Notes under the pieces: model-generated
Seen by the model: only the letters and a program-made list of their open reading frames with translations
Database searches by the model: none
What the model was told of the DNA's origin: nothing
Part shown: positions 39,111 through 51,578 of the stretch, piece by piece
Numbering within the stretch: the first letter of the stretch is position 1
Layout: each line of letters opens with the position of its first letter
Origin: Pelagomonas calceolata
Taxonomy: Eukaryota
NCBI GenBank assembly: GCA_918797485.1
Contig: CAKKNE010000006.1
Coordinates: forward strand, 2,294,001-2,358,000
Direction of reading: 5' to 3'
DNA: 64,000 nucleotides
Made by a program: the position numbers and the translations under genes

Positions 39111-40307
39111 ATGATTATCCTCACGAGCTGCGCCCACTGCGCGGCCCCGCTGGAGATCATGGGCAAGAAATGCGGCCGCTGCTTCACGCGCTACTGCGGG
39201 GCGGACTGCCAGAAAGCGCACTGGAAGGCGGAGCACAAGCAAATGTGCGGACAAATAAGGCTCGGCGGCGGCGCGGAGAAGTACAACGCCGACCGTAAAT
39301 ACGCGGAGGCCGTCGAAACCGCGTTCTGGGCGTGCAAGGAGGAGACCAAGGGCCAGACGTGCTACATTTGCATGGAGGAATTCAAAAGCGTGACGAACGA
39401 GGGCCTCGTGACCAACTTTTGCGCGTGCCGGGGCGGCTCGAGCTACGCCCACGTGTCCTGCGTCGCGACGCAAGCTCGGGTCGTCGTCGACGACGAGACG
39501 TCGAATGAGTCGGCCGAGAGTAGGTGGAATCGGTGGAACGCGTGCCGCCTGTGTGGGCAGCGCTACCACGGCCGCATGCAATGGGCGCTCGGGTGGGCGT
39601 GCTGGCAGACGTATACGTGTCGAGATGCCGTGGAGTATAATTGGCAACGGCTGTGCGCCATGGGTGTATTGGGGCGAGGTCTCAAGGGCGTGCGTCGCAT
39701 GAAGGAGGCACTCGTCGTCCAGGAGGCCGAGATCGCCACGCACAAGCTCCTACATCCGAACAGTGACGGGCACCGCCTCGGACTCATGCATAATGTGGCT
39801 GGTACCTACATGAATCTGGGCCTACGCGATAAGGCGCTCGAGCTCCACCGACATATTTGTGGACCCAACGGGCTGGCGGCCGCGTTTGGCGCCACGCACG
39901 AACACACCTTGCGCTCGAAGTTGAGTTTGTCGTCTGCGCTCATCGAATGCGCGCAACACGAGAAGCCGCAGTTATTCCGCGAGGCAAGGTCGCTGACGGA
40001 AGAGTATATCCCCGTCGTGGACCGGGTCTTGGGGCCTGATCACGAATGCTCGCTCCAGCTCCGAGAAAACCGCGTGGAAGCCATAATGAACGACACCAGT
40101 AGCACGCCGGGCGACCGCGCCGAGGCCAAGGCCGTCTGTGAGGACGCCACGCGCCGGGCGCGCCGGGTGTTCGGGGCCTCGCACCCGGTCACGGTCCGCC
40201 TCGCACAGCAATCCAAGGACGTGGCCAAGTTCCTGACCGCCTTGGAACAACGTCGGAGCCTCGCCGCGAAGCTCGAACCCGAGGAGAACGCGGAGGAGGT
40301 CGACTGA
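39111..40307 (+). CDS. MYND zinc finger, RING-CH-like finger and TPR-like protein
   Basis: CAHC..CGRC..YCGADCQKAHWK..HK..C; CYIC..CACRG..AHVSC..CRLC; kinesin-light-chain-type TPR repeats. Confidence 0.87.
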   Translation: MIILTSCAHCAAPLEIMGKKCGRCFTRYCGADCQKAHWKAEHKQMCGQIRLGGGAEKYNADRKYAEAVETAFWACKEETKGQTCYICMEEFKSVTNEGLVTNFCACRGGSSYAHVSCVATQARVVVDDETSNESAESRWNRWNACRLCGQRYHGRMQWALGWACWQTYTCRDAVEYNWQRLCAMGVLGRGLKGVRRMKEALVVQEAEIATHKLLHPNSDGHRLGLMHNVAGTYMNLGLRDKALELHRHICGPNGLAAAFGATHEHTLRSKLSLSSALIECAQHEKPQLFREARSLTEEYIPVVDRVLGPDHECSLQLRENRVEAIMNDTSSTPGDRAEAKAVCEDATRRARRVFGASHPVTVRLAQQSKDVAKFLTALEQRRSLAAKLEPEENAEEVD

Positions 40308-40362
40308 GAAGGTGGTACTAGGTAGCTCGCTTAAATTACTAGTAATCTGTTTAGTAGTACCC

Positions 40363-40980
40363 TCAAGGGACGATCTCGAACACCTCGCCGACGACCTCCT
40401 TCCACTGCGTCTCCCGCTCGCACTTGAGCCAGAAGTCCGAGTTCAGGTACGTCTCCACATCCGAAACGCTCTCGAAGAAGTAGCAGCCCCCGATGACGTC
40501 CCGGTCCTTCGAGTCGCGCGACTCCCAGCGCGCGCGCAGGATGTGCTTGCAGATGAGGCCCGGCTGCGCGGCGAAGGCCGCCGAGAAGTCCTCGCAGGCC
40601 GGCTCGGCGCCGATCATCGCCTCGAACTCCTTGCCGCTCGGCCCGTCGAGCTGGCCGTTGATCACAAGGACGGCCTTCGCATCCTCGAGCGACCGCTTCG
40701 ATTTTTTTAGCGTCTCGGTGCTCGTCGGCTCGCAGACCTCGAAGCTGCGCGCGAATTCGCTCAACCTGAGATCGTGCTCCGTCGCGAAGAGGTCCTTCTC
40801 GTCGTTGAAGCAGGCGACGAAGCCCGTGGTGCTGCCGGACGCCAGGCCCAAAACTTTGAGCTTTGGTGCATTGACGGTCACCTCCCTGAGCTTGTGGGCG
40901 TAGGCGGCATCACTGGGCAGCGGCGCATCGACGCCGTCGTCGCTGTTGACGACGGCCACGTAGGGGGCGAGCTGCACCAT
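40363..40980 (-). CDS. YdhR-like putative monooxygenase (dimeric alpha-beta barrel)
   Basis: FAAQPGLICKH...GGCYFFESVSDVETYLNS; ATG at 40980. Confidence 0.65.
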   Translation of the reverse strand: MVQLAPYVAVVNSDDGVDAPLPSDAAYAHKLREVTVNAPKLKVLGLASGSTTGFVACFNDEKDLFATEHDLRLSEFARSFEVCEPTSTETLKKSKRSLEDAKAVLVINGQLDGPSGKEFEAMIGAEPACEDFSAAFAAQPGLICKHILRARWESRDSKDRDVIGGCYFFESVSDVETYLNSDFWLKCERETQWKEVVGEVFEIVP

Positions 40981-41102
40981 TTTAAGCTGCCCAAAGAGCG
41001 TGCAGCGCTCAGATTTCTGCAGAGCGCGCGGGTCGCGGGCCGGCGGGTGAGCGAATTGACGAATGCTCCCCCGCCACGCCGTCGACGCGGGCTCAAAACA
41101 AC

Positions 41103-42251
41103 CTACTTCCCCCCCTTCTTCCGCCGCCGCCCAGTCTTCTTCGAAGCCCCGCCGCCGCCGTCCGCCCAGGACACGTTTTTTTTGGTGGCGCGCGGCGGGG
41201 ACCCGGGCGGGATTAAGGCGGATTTTGGTGAAGGCGGCGGCTGCGGCACGACCATGAAGGCCCGGATCGTCTGCGGCGACCGCCGCCGCCAGGCGCCGTC
41301 GGGGATCTCGCCGATGACGAGGCCGTTCTCCACACAAGCCTTTTGGAATTTCGCGAGCGTGCGCGCGGCGTTCGGCGTCGACGCCTCGTCGGAGACAATT
41401 AAGGCTTTTGCGTTCCGTTGTCGTGCGAACAATGCGACGAGTGTTTGCAACAAAGGCTCATGTAATGACGCATTGTAGGTGCAGTCGCACGCTAAGATAA
41501 GATCGCCGATCAAATCCGCCGGTAGGGGCTCGCGCCAGTCGAGACACCTCGCACTGATACGTGTCTGACCGTTCGCCAACAAATTCTCGCCGAGTTGGGC
41601 CATCGACGCTTGCATCTCCGTCGCGATTACCGACGACGCGCCCAGGATAGCCGCCGCGACGGCGGGCACGCAGCACCCTCCACCTAATTCTATGATGGCT
41701 TTGTTTTGCACATCCACGACGCCGTCTTCGAGTAACCTTGAACAGGCCAAGGCAGCGGGCCAGAGCGTCCGCAGCCCGTCGCAGCCGTCGTCGTCGTCCG
41801 CGGCGTCCTCGAGGGCGTGGACCTCGCAGCCGTTTATCAGTACCGTGCGCCGCCACCTTGCAGCCTTGGCCTCCCAGAGACCCGCCTTTCCAAGATCCTC
41901 GCCGCCGCGACACAAAGCTATCGAACCATCGTCTGCAGATGTTGATGAGGCGTGGCAGTCGCTCGCGAAGGCCCACGCCGTGCCCGTGCCGGTTTTGATC
42001 AGCACGCAGTCGGCGAGGCGTCTCTCTACTTTGCCTCGGCAGCGCACGCGTCCGGCCGGCGCCCACCGCGCGCAACTGATATCCGCGTTCGTCTCGAGCC
42101 GCCCGACGTTCGCGACGCCGCGGAAGCGGCCCGCGTCGTCTCCTTTAATGTTGCAGGCCTTTGCGAGTCCTCGCGCCCATAGGTCCACTGCTTTTCTCGT
42201 CTCCTCGTCGGTCTTGCCACTGAACGAGTTGCGACGGTTGCGCCGGCCCAT
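41103..42251 (-). CDS. Lysine methyltransferase, METTL21/Methyltransf_16 family
   Basis: LWPAALA, IIELGGGCCVP, LDW, LILACDCTY. Confidence 0.87.
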   Translation of the reverse strand: MGRRNRRNSFSGKTDEETRKAVDLWARGLAKACNIKGDDAGRFRGVANVGRLETNADISCARWAPAGRVRCRGKVERRLADCVLIKTGTGTAWAFASDCHASSTSADDGSIALCRGGEDLGKAGLWEAKAARWRRTVLINGCEVHALEDAADDDDGCDGLRTLWPAALACSRLLEDGVVDVQNKAIIELGGGCCVPAVAAAILGASSVIATEMQASMAQLGENLLANGQTRISARCLDWREPLPADLIGDLILACDCTYNASLHEPLLQTLVALFARQRNAKALIVSDEASTPNAARTLAKFQKACVENGLVIGEIPDGAWRRRSPQTIRAFMVVPQPPPSPKSALIPPGSPPRATKKNVSWADGGGGASKKTGRRRKKGGK

Positions 42252-42303
42252 CGCTGCGCCGCCGCGACGGCGTGGGGCTGCCTTTTGCTCTTTTGCTCTT
42301 TTG

Positions 42304-42324
42304 CTAGTGCCTTTGTGCCGCTAG
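42304..42324 (-). promoter_or_regulatory. CTAGCG-N9-CACTAG motif copy
   Basis: Reverse complement CTAGCGGCACAAAGGCACTAG, between divergent genes. Confidence 0.55.
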
Positions 42325-42628
42325 CACGATTATCGAATGGTGGTCAGAGCCCTGAACAGCACGTGAACGCACGCCGACGTGGCCCGAGTGCCACCGAAAC
42401 AAGAGAAAGAGGCTCTTGATTGTACATAGAGCGAGAGACAGCAAAAGCGGCAATAACAAAGCAGTGTGTCATCGCAGAGCACACACTGACGAACACCGCA
42501 TCCAACACCAGAGCTTCGCGTGTGGTGCCTCACACGAGCCGAGCTGCGAGTAGCTCGTACCAGAGAGCTCCGCGTGGTGCCTCACAAGGCGAGCAAGGCG
42601 TAACGCATAACCGTAACGAGTGGCCACC

Positions 42629-44507
42629 ATGCGCCGCCGACGCGTCACCGCACTGATGCTGGCAACGGCCGCCAGCGCCCTGAACCTCCCCGGCCGCCGG
42701 TTACGACAACGGCTACGCGCCGCGACGCTCGACCCGACGCCCGAGGGCACCTGGGACGCCACAGATGAGACCTACGACCCGAGGGACAGCGCGATCAACC
42801 TCGCTCTACTAGATGAACCTTTGGAACTCCCCGAGACGCCGTCGCGGCCGAAAATCCTCGCGTTCGCGGCACCCGTCGCCGTCCTGAACCTCGCGAACTT
42901 TATTATGGGTTCGGTAGATACAGCCGCGGTCGGCACCTTCGGCACGACGACGCAGCTCGCGGCGTTGGCGCCGGGCACCATGGGCATGGAGTACTCGTGT
43001 TATGCTCTGTCGTTCTTAACGACGGCGTCGCTCAATTTACTGAGCACGATCAGCGACCCCGACGGCGAGGAGCGGGACGTCTGGGATTCTACCTTAGCTG
43101 GGAGTATCAAAGTTGCGATATTAGTAGGCTTGGTGCACGGCGGGCTGCTGCTGGGCGCCGCGGCACCATTAGCTCGTTTATTAGGAGCGAATGGTGTAAC
43201 CGTAGCGCCCGCGGCGAGGTACCTGCGCCTCAGGGCTGCTTCGGCCATAGCGTTTCATGTCTCAGCGGTCTGCGGCGCGGCGCACTTCGCGAAGAAAGAT
43301 TCAAAGACGCCGCTGTATACCATACTTTTTGCGGGCCTCGCGAACTGCATCGGCGACCGGGTGCTATGCCCGTTAGCTGAAAGTGGACGGTTGCCGGGCA
43401 TCCCGGACGCCATTGGGGCTGCGGCTCTGGCGACGACGGCGGCGCAGTTCCTGGGGTTGGGCTTCACGCTGATGGCGCTGAAGCGGACGAAACGGCTGCC
43501 GAAGGTCTGGCGGCGCCGGGGCACTGGTACCACTTCTGGAGCATTTCTGGCCTTCGCCGGGCCCGTAAGTCAGCTCCTCTGGTGTAGAATTGCGATATAC
43601 GCTTACGTGGGCCGGTGCGCGTCGTTACTGGGCGCCGCCGCGGGCGCGGCCCAGCAGATCATGTCCACACTCTTCTGGGGCTCGACCACATTGAGCGCGG
43701 AGCCCTTCAACACGGCGGGCCAGACATTTTTGCCCGACCACTACGACCCCGAGACGCCCGATGTCATCACGCCGCGGTTCCGACTGACGTTGCAACGATT
43801 ACTAGATTCGTCATTACTCTGGGGCCTCGCCATCACGCTGGGCACCTATCCGCTCAAAAGCGAGAAAGCACTGTCCATGTTTACCACATCAAAAGATGTG
43901 ATGCGCCTCGTGGCCATCGGGCCCATCCTGGCGGTCGGCGCCTTGATCGCGCCCATGTTGACGGCGGAGGGTACGCTTCTGTGTGGAAATCAAAATTTTA
44001 CGGCTCGTGCTGAATCGTCGCGTCGACCTCCACGCCACCGACGCGCCGCCTGCTCGATGGCGTGGCGGTGCCGGTTCCTCGCCGCTCGCCGAGAAATGAC
44101 TTTGTGAAGAATCATCGGGTGCACCCGACACACTGGTTGATTTCCGCACAGGTACTCTTGTGGTCCTAGGCGAGTTCCAGTGGTTGGTACGCAGTATGGT
44201 CTTCTCCTCCTTCGTCACGTACGGTCTCGTGACGTGGCTACGGCACGCTGGTAAAGCATCAATTGCGAACTACTGGTGGGCCACCGTGACCTTCACGGCC
44301 TGTCGACTCGTCTGCAACATGGTCGGCGTGCGGACTCATGTAAGACGCGCGCGCGTGAAGAACCTTGCCGAGTACCGGCGCGAGAAGCGCGAGGCCGAGT
44401 TGAGATTGAGGACGTGTCCGCCGTGGTTCGACAAGCGCTCCAAGAGGAAAGTGCCGGCGACGGGCCAGTCGTACCCGATGGATATAGAGTACGAGCGCAT
44501 CCCCTAA
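42629..44507 (+). CDS. MATE transporter (EDS5-like, probably plastid); 2 exons (42629-43970, 44152-44507)
   Basis: ILAFAAP, MGSVDTAAVG, QLAALAPG, YLRLRA, KDSKTPL, AEPFNTAGQTFLP; spliced junction reads TAEGTLVVLGEFQW. Confidence 0.9.
43971..44151 (+). mobile_element. Introner-derived intron, 181 nt; most complete copy
   Basis: TIRs ctgtgtggaaatcaa / ttgatttccgcacag (14 of 15 complementary); TSD GTACGCTT/GTACTCTT; removal restores frame. Confidence 0.92.
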
Positions 44508-44552
44508 TACGTGTAAGAACTTGTGCATTCGAAAACCATTTACAAGAGAAGC

Positions 44553-47500
44553 CTAGCCGCGCGCCGGGGGAAAGAATTGCCGCGCCTGGAGGCTCTGGCC
44601 GGGCGAGGGAAAGCGGCGCGAGCCCCTGGACATCGGCGAGCCTCTACTTTGAGGCGACGCGGGGAAGAAGCCGTTGTCGTCCGGGACCGGGAGGCGTTCA
44701 AAATCCGACAAAGCCCGCGCGGCCGTCGCCGGCCGGGCCATCGTCGACGACGCCTCCAACAAGCCGATCGAGGCGTCGAGGAAGCAGGCGTCCATTTTGC
44801 CGGCAGACGGTAAGCGTAACGCCCAGTCCGGCTGGCGAGTCCCTTCACAAAAACGAGGGTCATCACAGTCCCACATCCGGTGGGACGGTTTCTTCGCCTT
44901 CGGCGTGTGCAGGGCTTTCCTCGGCTCGCGTTTTTGTCGCTCTGGTTTTCCGCGAAAGGTCTGGCGCGCCCGGGCTCGTTCCACGGCCAAGGCCGAGGCC
45001 GGCGTGCGTGGCCGTTGCATCGGCGGGCCTTCAGCGGTGCCGCCGGGCGACGGAAGGTCGGGCAGCTTGATGGCCTCGCGCGGCTGCGTCGCGAGCGACG
45101 ACGGCGAGGCCGCTCTCGCAGGTTCGGGCTCGCGCAAGGGGGACGAGGATGATTGTAAAGAGGGCTGGTCGTCGACCGCGCCCTCCACCCTAATATGGAG
45201 CGGCATAGTGTAGACGCTGCAACCGCCCGACGAGAGGCCCTTCTCGGGCAGGAAGACGCTCCGCAGATGTCTTAGGGACCGCGGCTCCCTTGCTTTGTCC
45301 AGTACCGACCGTAGCGCCTGGGCCCAGTTTGGCTCTTCTTCATGCAAGCCGTAGCGCGTCTCCCAGTTAAACTCGGGCTCCGCGAGGGTCGACGATGGCA
45401 GGTCCTGCTGCGTGTAGGGGTCCCGTCTGACCACGGGGTCGTTCCCCAGAGATAACGTATTGGCAGGTAGAGCTCGCGCATCGGATGGCCGCCGCGACGG
45501 CCTCGACGCGTAGGCCCGCGTCAGTCGATGGCGCCGTTGTTGATGCTTTGATACGCCTAAATCACCGTCCGACGTCGCCACGGACCTCCGGCACGCCTCC
45601 TCGGAGCCCGCGTCATCCCGTGCGTTCGCGACCTCCGCCGCCCAGTCCACATCAATACGAGGGGCCACCACCACGGGTTCCGGAATGTGCGTCTGAACAA
45701 CAACGGGCGGCGCCTGAACTCGAGGAGGTTCTGCGACGGGCGTCCACCGTGCGACGTTCTCCCGTTCTTCCTGGGCGCGCTTGCGGTACATGTCGGCCTT
45801 GGCTTCGACTTTCGGAGGAGCGCCGAACACGGAGGCCCCCGCGCGGCCGATGGCGTCAGCAGTCTTCCGGTTCCTCGTCACCCGTCGATGCACGGCGCCC
45901 TTCGCCCGTAGCAACCCGAACATGGCGTCCTTGTTTGTATGAGGTACCTCCTCGCCGTCCGACGAGTCGCTCGACGAGTCCGACTCCGACGACGACTCCG
46001 AGGACGAGTCGGTCAGGCTGATGCTGTCTCGAGACAAGCTGACTTCTTCGCGCGACGCGCGCGCGGCCTCGGCGAGCGCCGCGCGCTTCATCCGCAACTG
46101 GTCCTCCTCTAGAGCGAGCTTTTCGGCCTCGAGTCGATCGGCCTCGGCCTTCACAGCCGCGAGCCGCAGCGCCTCCTTCTCATCACCTACTCTCTTCGCT
46201 TCGGCGATTTTTGCGGCCGCCTCCTCCTCCCGGAGCTTTCGACGAGCCTCGGCCTCGTCCTGCCGCTTCCTCATTTTCTCGGCGAGGGCGTCGTCCTCGG
46301 CCTCGCGCTGCTGTCGCCGCTTCGACGCCTCGTCGTACTTGAGCTGTCTCTTCATTGCAGCTTCTTTCTCCTTCAGGCGACGCGCCTCGGCGCGCGCCGC
46401 CCGCCTTAGTAACCGCTGCTCCGCGGCCTCCTCACGCGACTGCGCCTCGGCCGCCGCCCGGTTCGCCTCTTCGAGTTGTTCGCGCGACCGTCTGTTGGCC
46501 ACGGCAAGTTCTTTAGCAATCTGCTCGGCGGCCTTCGCGTCACCCGCTAATCGAGCCTCCTCGATCCTTGAAGCGGCCTGGGCCTCGCGCTCCAAGCGTC
46601 TCTTAGCGTAATTCTCATGTTCCACGCGCCGCTCCTCCTCGCGCTGTGCTCTCAATTCCTCCCTCGCCAATGCCGCCTCCTGCTCGATCTTCTCTCTGGT
46701 AAGACGAGTCTGGCGCTCGAGCTCCTGCTGCGCCGCCAGGTTCTTCGCCGCCAATTCAGCCTTCGACTCGGCATCAGCTTTCTGTAACTCTGCCTTAATA
46801 CGCCGGATCTCCGACGCGTCCTCGCACCGAGCCAGGGCCGCCTCCGCTAGTTTGGCGCGCTCCTCCCTTGCAATAGCCTCGAGGCGTTCCCGCTCCCGCC
46901 TCCTTTCTGCAGCCGCTTCCTCGCGCTCCGCCAAGCGTTCCGCGGCCTCCTCCTCGCGACATTGTTGCCTCCACTCCCGCTCCGTCATCCGCAGTCGTAT
47001 GGAGTGGTCTTTCAAATCCTGCCGTTCTTCCCGTGCATCCTCCTCCTGAGCTCGTTCAAGTGAAGCCCGCGCCTCCCGCTGCAGCTCGGCAGTGATCATC
47101 TCGGCCTTCTGCGCGTCGCCTGCTTGCTCGGCCTCCTCAATTAACCTTTGAGCCTCCTGTAAGCGTTCCTGCCTCCTCCTAGAACGTTCCTCGTTCCTCC
47201 GGAGGCGTTCCGCCTCGGCGAGCTCGCGTCGCTCCAGATCCTGCTGGAGACGCCGCTCCTCCCGCGCTTGAGCAGCGGCCTTCAATTGGTCGCCCTCAAA
47301 CTGTTTTTCCAACTCCTTGGCGCGCCTTTTTTCGAGCTTCGCGAGTCTTTTCGCTTCCTTGGCCTCTTGTTTACGCCTACGAGCGTCCTCCTTCCTCGCT
47401 CGGCGCCAGGCGGCGGCCTCCTCGTCATCACTAGATTCCTGCACGGAACCTATTTCGACCTCTTGCTGCAGTCTAGCTAATTCTCGAGCGCGTTTTCTCT

Positions 47501-49736
47501 CGGCCTTGGCCTCCCTCAAAGCCTCCGCCTCCAGCGCCCGGGCCTCGGCCTTCCGGCGCCGCCGCTCTTCTTTGGCTGCTAATTTAGCCGCTAATTCATC
47601 CTGCGCGTCCTCCTCCTGCTGCAGCCGCTGGAGGCGCGCCTCCTCTTCGGACGAAGCTCTGTTCGCACGAGCCAACTCCTCCTGGATATTACGAGCGCGC
47701 GCCGCGTCGCCCGATGCTTGGGCCTCCTTGATCTTCTGGGCAGCGGCCTCCTCGCGCTTCGCACGCTTTTCTTCGGCCTCGAGTAAACGCTTCCTTTTTT
47801 CCACATCGCGCTGCTGTTGTCTCAAACGTTTGCGCTCGAGCGCTTCCTGTTTCGCGCGTTTCTTCGCCGCCTTGGCGTCCGTCGCTTGCTTCGCTTCTTC
47901 CGCAGCTAATTTCTCCTCCCAGGACGGCTCCTCTGCCACGGGCACCTCGGCCGACGCCTTGCGCGCCTCGCGCTCGGCCCGCTTCTGTTCTTTGGCCGCA
48001 GCTTTCGCCTCGGCCTTCAATCGTTTGCGCTCCTGTTTCGCCTCCTCCTTCAACCGCTTCTTCTCGAGCTTAGCTTCCATCTTCTTCTGTTCGTTCGCGA
48101 GGAAGTCCTTGCGCCTTCGTGCCTCCTCGTTCTTCCGCCGTCGCTTCTCGAGCTCCTCCATGAGTCGGTTGTCCTCCTCCGTCATTACTGCGGGCTCCTC
48201 GAAGACGATTTCGGGCTCTACGGGCTCCGGTTCTTCGGGCTCCGAGTCCGATTCCGACGAGGACGACGACGACGACGACGCGCGCGCCGCGAACGCCTCC
48301 TGGACCGCCGCCTTGACCGCCTGCTGCACCGAATCCTCTTCACTGTGAACGCTCGCCTCGTCGGCCGGGAAGACCTCGCCGAGGTCGACCTCTCCATCAA
48401 TACGCGGCCTCGTAGAAAGCAGCGCGTCGAGCCCGGCTCCACTTACAGCTTCCAGCAGCCCGGGCACGGCGTGGATGCACTTGTCCGCGCCCCTCGCCAA
48501 CCTCCGTTCCATGTCCGGGAGCGACCTGTGTGGAAATCAAAATTTTACGGCGCGCTCGCCATCGACGCGACGCCTGCTCGATGGCGTGGCGATGCCGGTT
48601 CTATCAGGCGCACTGGTTGATCTCCACACAGGCCGCGACGCGTCGAGGTTATCCTCCGGAAGGACATCTGCCAGAGGTTCTAGGGTTTCCAACCACAGCG
48701 GGTCCGCCTCCCACCGTAGACTGACCCGACGTACACCGTCATCATCGGGATCATCGTCTTGCACCGTGATCCGATCCAGCAGAAAACAGAGAAACTTCAC
48801 GTACGCTTGCGTCGTAGGCTCACCTACTAACCAGGCGTCCACGATCTGGTAGAACGACGTGAAGAACCGGTCCCGATTTAACGAGGAGTGCCCCTGCCGA
48901 TCGAAGTCCCACTCCCGCGTCGCCACGACTCGAGCCTCGTCCTGCCAGCCCTCCTTCTGCGTGGCTTCGACGTTCATCGCCGCATAGAGGTTCAGGTGGA
49001 GAAACAGATACTCCTCCAAGTCGATGCTACCACTCTTATCTCGATCGCAGACCTGCCAGAAGCCCTCCAGCAGCTTCCTCACCATGGGGTCGAAGCGCGC
49101 TATATCCCTCCTCAGTAGGAGAAGGTCATCTGGATACCTTCTCTTCTTATCCAGCCACGGCTCCGACGACGGCGCGAAGAGCCAGGCCGAGAACTCGTCC
49201 ACATCCACATCGCCGCCTCCGTCCTTATCTATTTCACTCATTATTACATCAACTTCCGTCTCGCGGATGTTCAAGTGCAGAGAATGACGAATAGCCTTGC
49301 CGAGCTCGTCGCGGTCGATGCATCCACTCCCATCGAGGTCATACTTCTCGAAGAGCTGCACGCAGCCGAGATCCAACGTGCGCATCTGCGCCTTCGTCGC
49401 CATGCGCACCTGGTGGAGGCGGTACGACGCGTCGAAGAAGCATCTCAACTCATGAAGCAAGGCGTGGGCGTTCTTTGACGTACGGTGGTCCCGGGAAAAG
49501 CCATTCCACTCGACGGGTGAGGATGGTTTCGTGCTACCGAGGCAGACGAGCTCGTGCGGGTTCCTCCAAAGTTTTTGTGCCGTCTTTCGTTTTGTGAGCG
49601 TAATGTACTTTGTTGTATTGATGAGGGCGCCGGTTGAATCGAGGTAGTCCACGTCTAGATATTGCAAGGTGCGGCCCGTGAGCCTTTCGCGTAGGTCGTA
49701 GTCGACGCTGCGGCGGCGGCTCCGGCGCCGCGGCAT
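44553..49736 (-). CDS. EF-hand protein with very long charged coiled-coil; 2 exons (49736-48640, 48525-44553)
   Basis: DLDGSGCIDRDEL, DKDGGGDVDVDEF, DRDKSGSIDLEEY; splicing joins NLDA-SLPDMERRL. Confidence 0.85.
48526..48639 (-). mobile_element. Introner-derived intron, 114 nt
   Basis: TIRs ctgtgtggaaatcaa / ttgatctccacacag; TSD GTCGCGGC/GTCGCTCC on the minus strand; contains an in-frame stop. Confidence 0.9.
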
Positions 49737-50191
49737 GGTTGCTCTGCTCCGGCAGCCCGCCTTGCTTCAGGCGCGCGCCGGTGACTCACGGGCAGCGTCC
49801 CGCCGCCCCTTGGCGCGCGCGCGGGGCTGCTCCCACAGACAGCCTCTCCCTGTGAGCCTGCTACTGGTTCGCCGCCCGCGCACGAAGGGCTGGTGCCCGC
49901 GCTTCCGGCGCTTGGACGGGAGCTAAGGAATGAGTAATGGAGCGCGGGGCAGCCGTTTGCCGTCCCTGCCGCACGCACGGGGTGCTCCCACACACAGCCG
50001 GGAGAGCTGTGCCTCCTCAAATCGCACTAGCCCTTCAAATCCGAAACCGCCTCACTCAGGAATTCGCGGCGGCAGGGGCCGCGGGGATACCTCTCGGAAG
50101 GGTAAGCCGCCTGGCGCCGGCGATGGAACGCGGCGCGCGGCCCCTTCACGCCGTCGAGGCGACCCACGTGCATACAAAAAGAATTAACGCC

Positions 50192-50935
50192 TCACCGCGC
50201 GCGCTTCGCCCGCGATTGCGGAGAATAGCCGGGCGGCGACGCCGGCACGGGCATGTACTCGAAGAGGACGGGCGCTTGCGACTGGAAATAGCCCGGGAAC
50301 GTCGCCGAGGCCAGCACCGCCAACGCGACCACAAAAACCACAACGAGCAACGCGCGGGTGGCTAAACCACGAGTAGGCGACAGCATCCTATCTACACTGG
50401 GTCGGGACTGCGTCGCGTGGTCCAGCAACCGCTCGCACGCCTTCGGGCACCGTTGCGGTGCTCGTCGGCACTTGTCGTCGTCGTACGCGTATCTAGCGGC
50501 GTAGACCTCGAAGGGCTTCTGGGGGCAGTCTTTCACGATTCCTATCAGGCCGCAGTCGAGGAAATGGCTCCATCTCCGCGCGGCGGGGTGCGCCGCGGCT
50601 CGCGCATCTAGCCGCGCGTGCGCCCGCCAGGCACTTGATAGTCTAGCCAAGCTGCACACGTCGTCGGACTCCCGTCGCTCCTTCACACAATTTGATAATT
50701 GATCTAGGGACGCCTGGTACCGTCGTCGCGTCGTGAAGAAACCGGCGCCATCCAGGATGCGGTTCGCCGGCGGTTTCGGCGGCTGTTCGCCGAGTAACGC
50801 GCAGTTCTGGGGCGGCGGCTTCGGCAGCGACGGCGCGTAGAACAGCGACTGCCACGTCGTCACCACTAGAAGCAAGATGACGATTGCTACTCGCTTTTGG
50901 AGCCGGAGGGGCCAGCGGCGTCTTGCTTGCGCCAT
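50192..50935 (-). CDS. Hypothetical membrane protein
   Basis: N-terminal TM helix (VAIVILLLVVTTW), Cys-containing middle region, C-terminal TM helix. Confidence 0.6.
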   Translation of the reverse strand: MAQARRRWPLRLQKRVAIVILLLVVTTWQSLFYAPSLPKPPPQNCALLGEQPPKPPANRILDGAGFFTTRRRYQASLDQLSNCVKERRESDDVCSLARLSSAWRAHARLDARAAAHPAARRWSHFLDCGLIGIVKDCPQKPFEVYAARYAYDDDKCRRAPQRCPKACERLLDHATQSRPSVDRMLSPTRGLATRALLVVVFVVALAVLASATFPGYFQSQAPVLFEYMPVPASPPGYSPQSRAKRAR

Positions 50936-51263
50936 GCGTCGCGCGCGCGTTGCGCCCCGCGTCCCGCGACGGGCTCCAAATCTAGTGCACTCTACGCAGT
51001 GCCCTCCCCAAGCTTGCTGTACAGCCCTGGGCACGCAAGGAGCGTTGCAGCGTTTTCTCTGCTGTATATCTCGATGCGATTCAGCTGCTATTCGATTCGT
51101 TTCTAAACGAGCTGGGTGCTGCACTGAGCCGAGCTGTGCTCATCCTTTGTGACTGTGCTCTGCGGCTGGCTCGTGGCGGAGCCGTCCTGTAGGCTTAGGG
51201 CTCCCATTGCAAGCCCACCGATCGAAAGAAGACCCAGAAGACCCGTAAACTTGCGCTAATGAG

Positions 51264-51285
51264 CTAGCGGCCTGTAAGACACTAG
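51264..51285 (+). promoter_or_regulatory. CTAGCG-N10-CACTAG motif copy
   Basis: CTAGCGGCCTGTAAGACACTAG(CAAAC), between divergent genes. Confidence 0.65.
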
Positions 51286-51578
51286 CAAACACCAAGGCGA
51301 GGAAGCGCCGCCATTTGTGTCCGCTACAGCCTGCGCGCAGCACACGACTCGCCCAGCGCCTCCATTTGTGCTAGAGACAGCGCGCTGCAAATTTCCAGCC
51401 GCCGCATCGCGCCGCGCGGGAGCACACCAGCCCGCGAGTCACTTGGCGCCGCGCGCCCAACTCGCCCGCCCGCGGCGCCGCGCGCCGAACGAGCGCCACC
51501 AGACGCCCGCCGCAGCGCCCGCCGCCAGCGCGCGCGAGCCGCAACGCACCAGTGACACACTAACGCCAACAAAACAAA

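Noticed and set aside
44553..48512. 1319-aa ORF as an independent gene
   Set aside because: It is exon 2 of the EF-hand gene once the introner at 48526-48639 is spliced out
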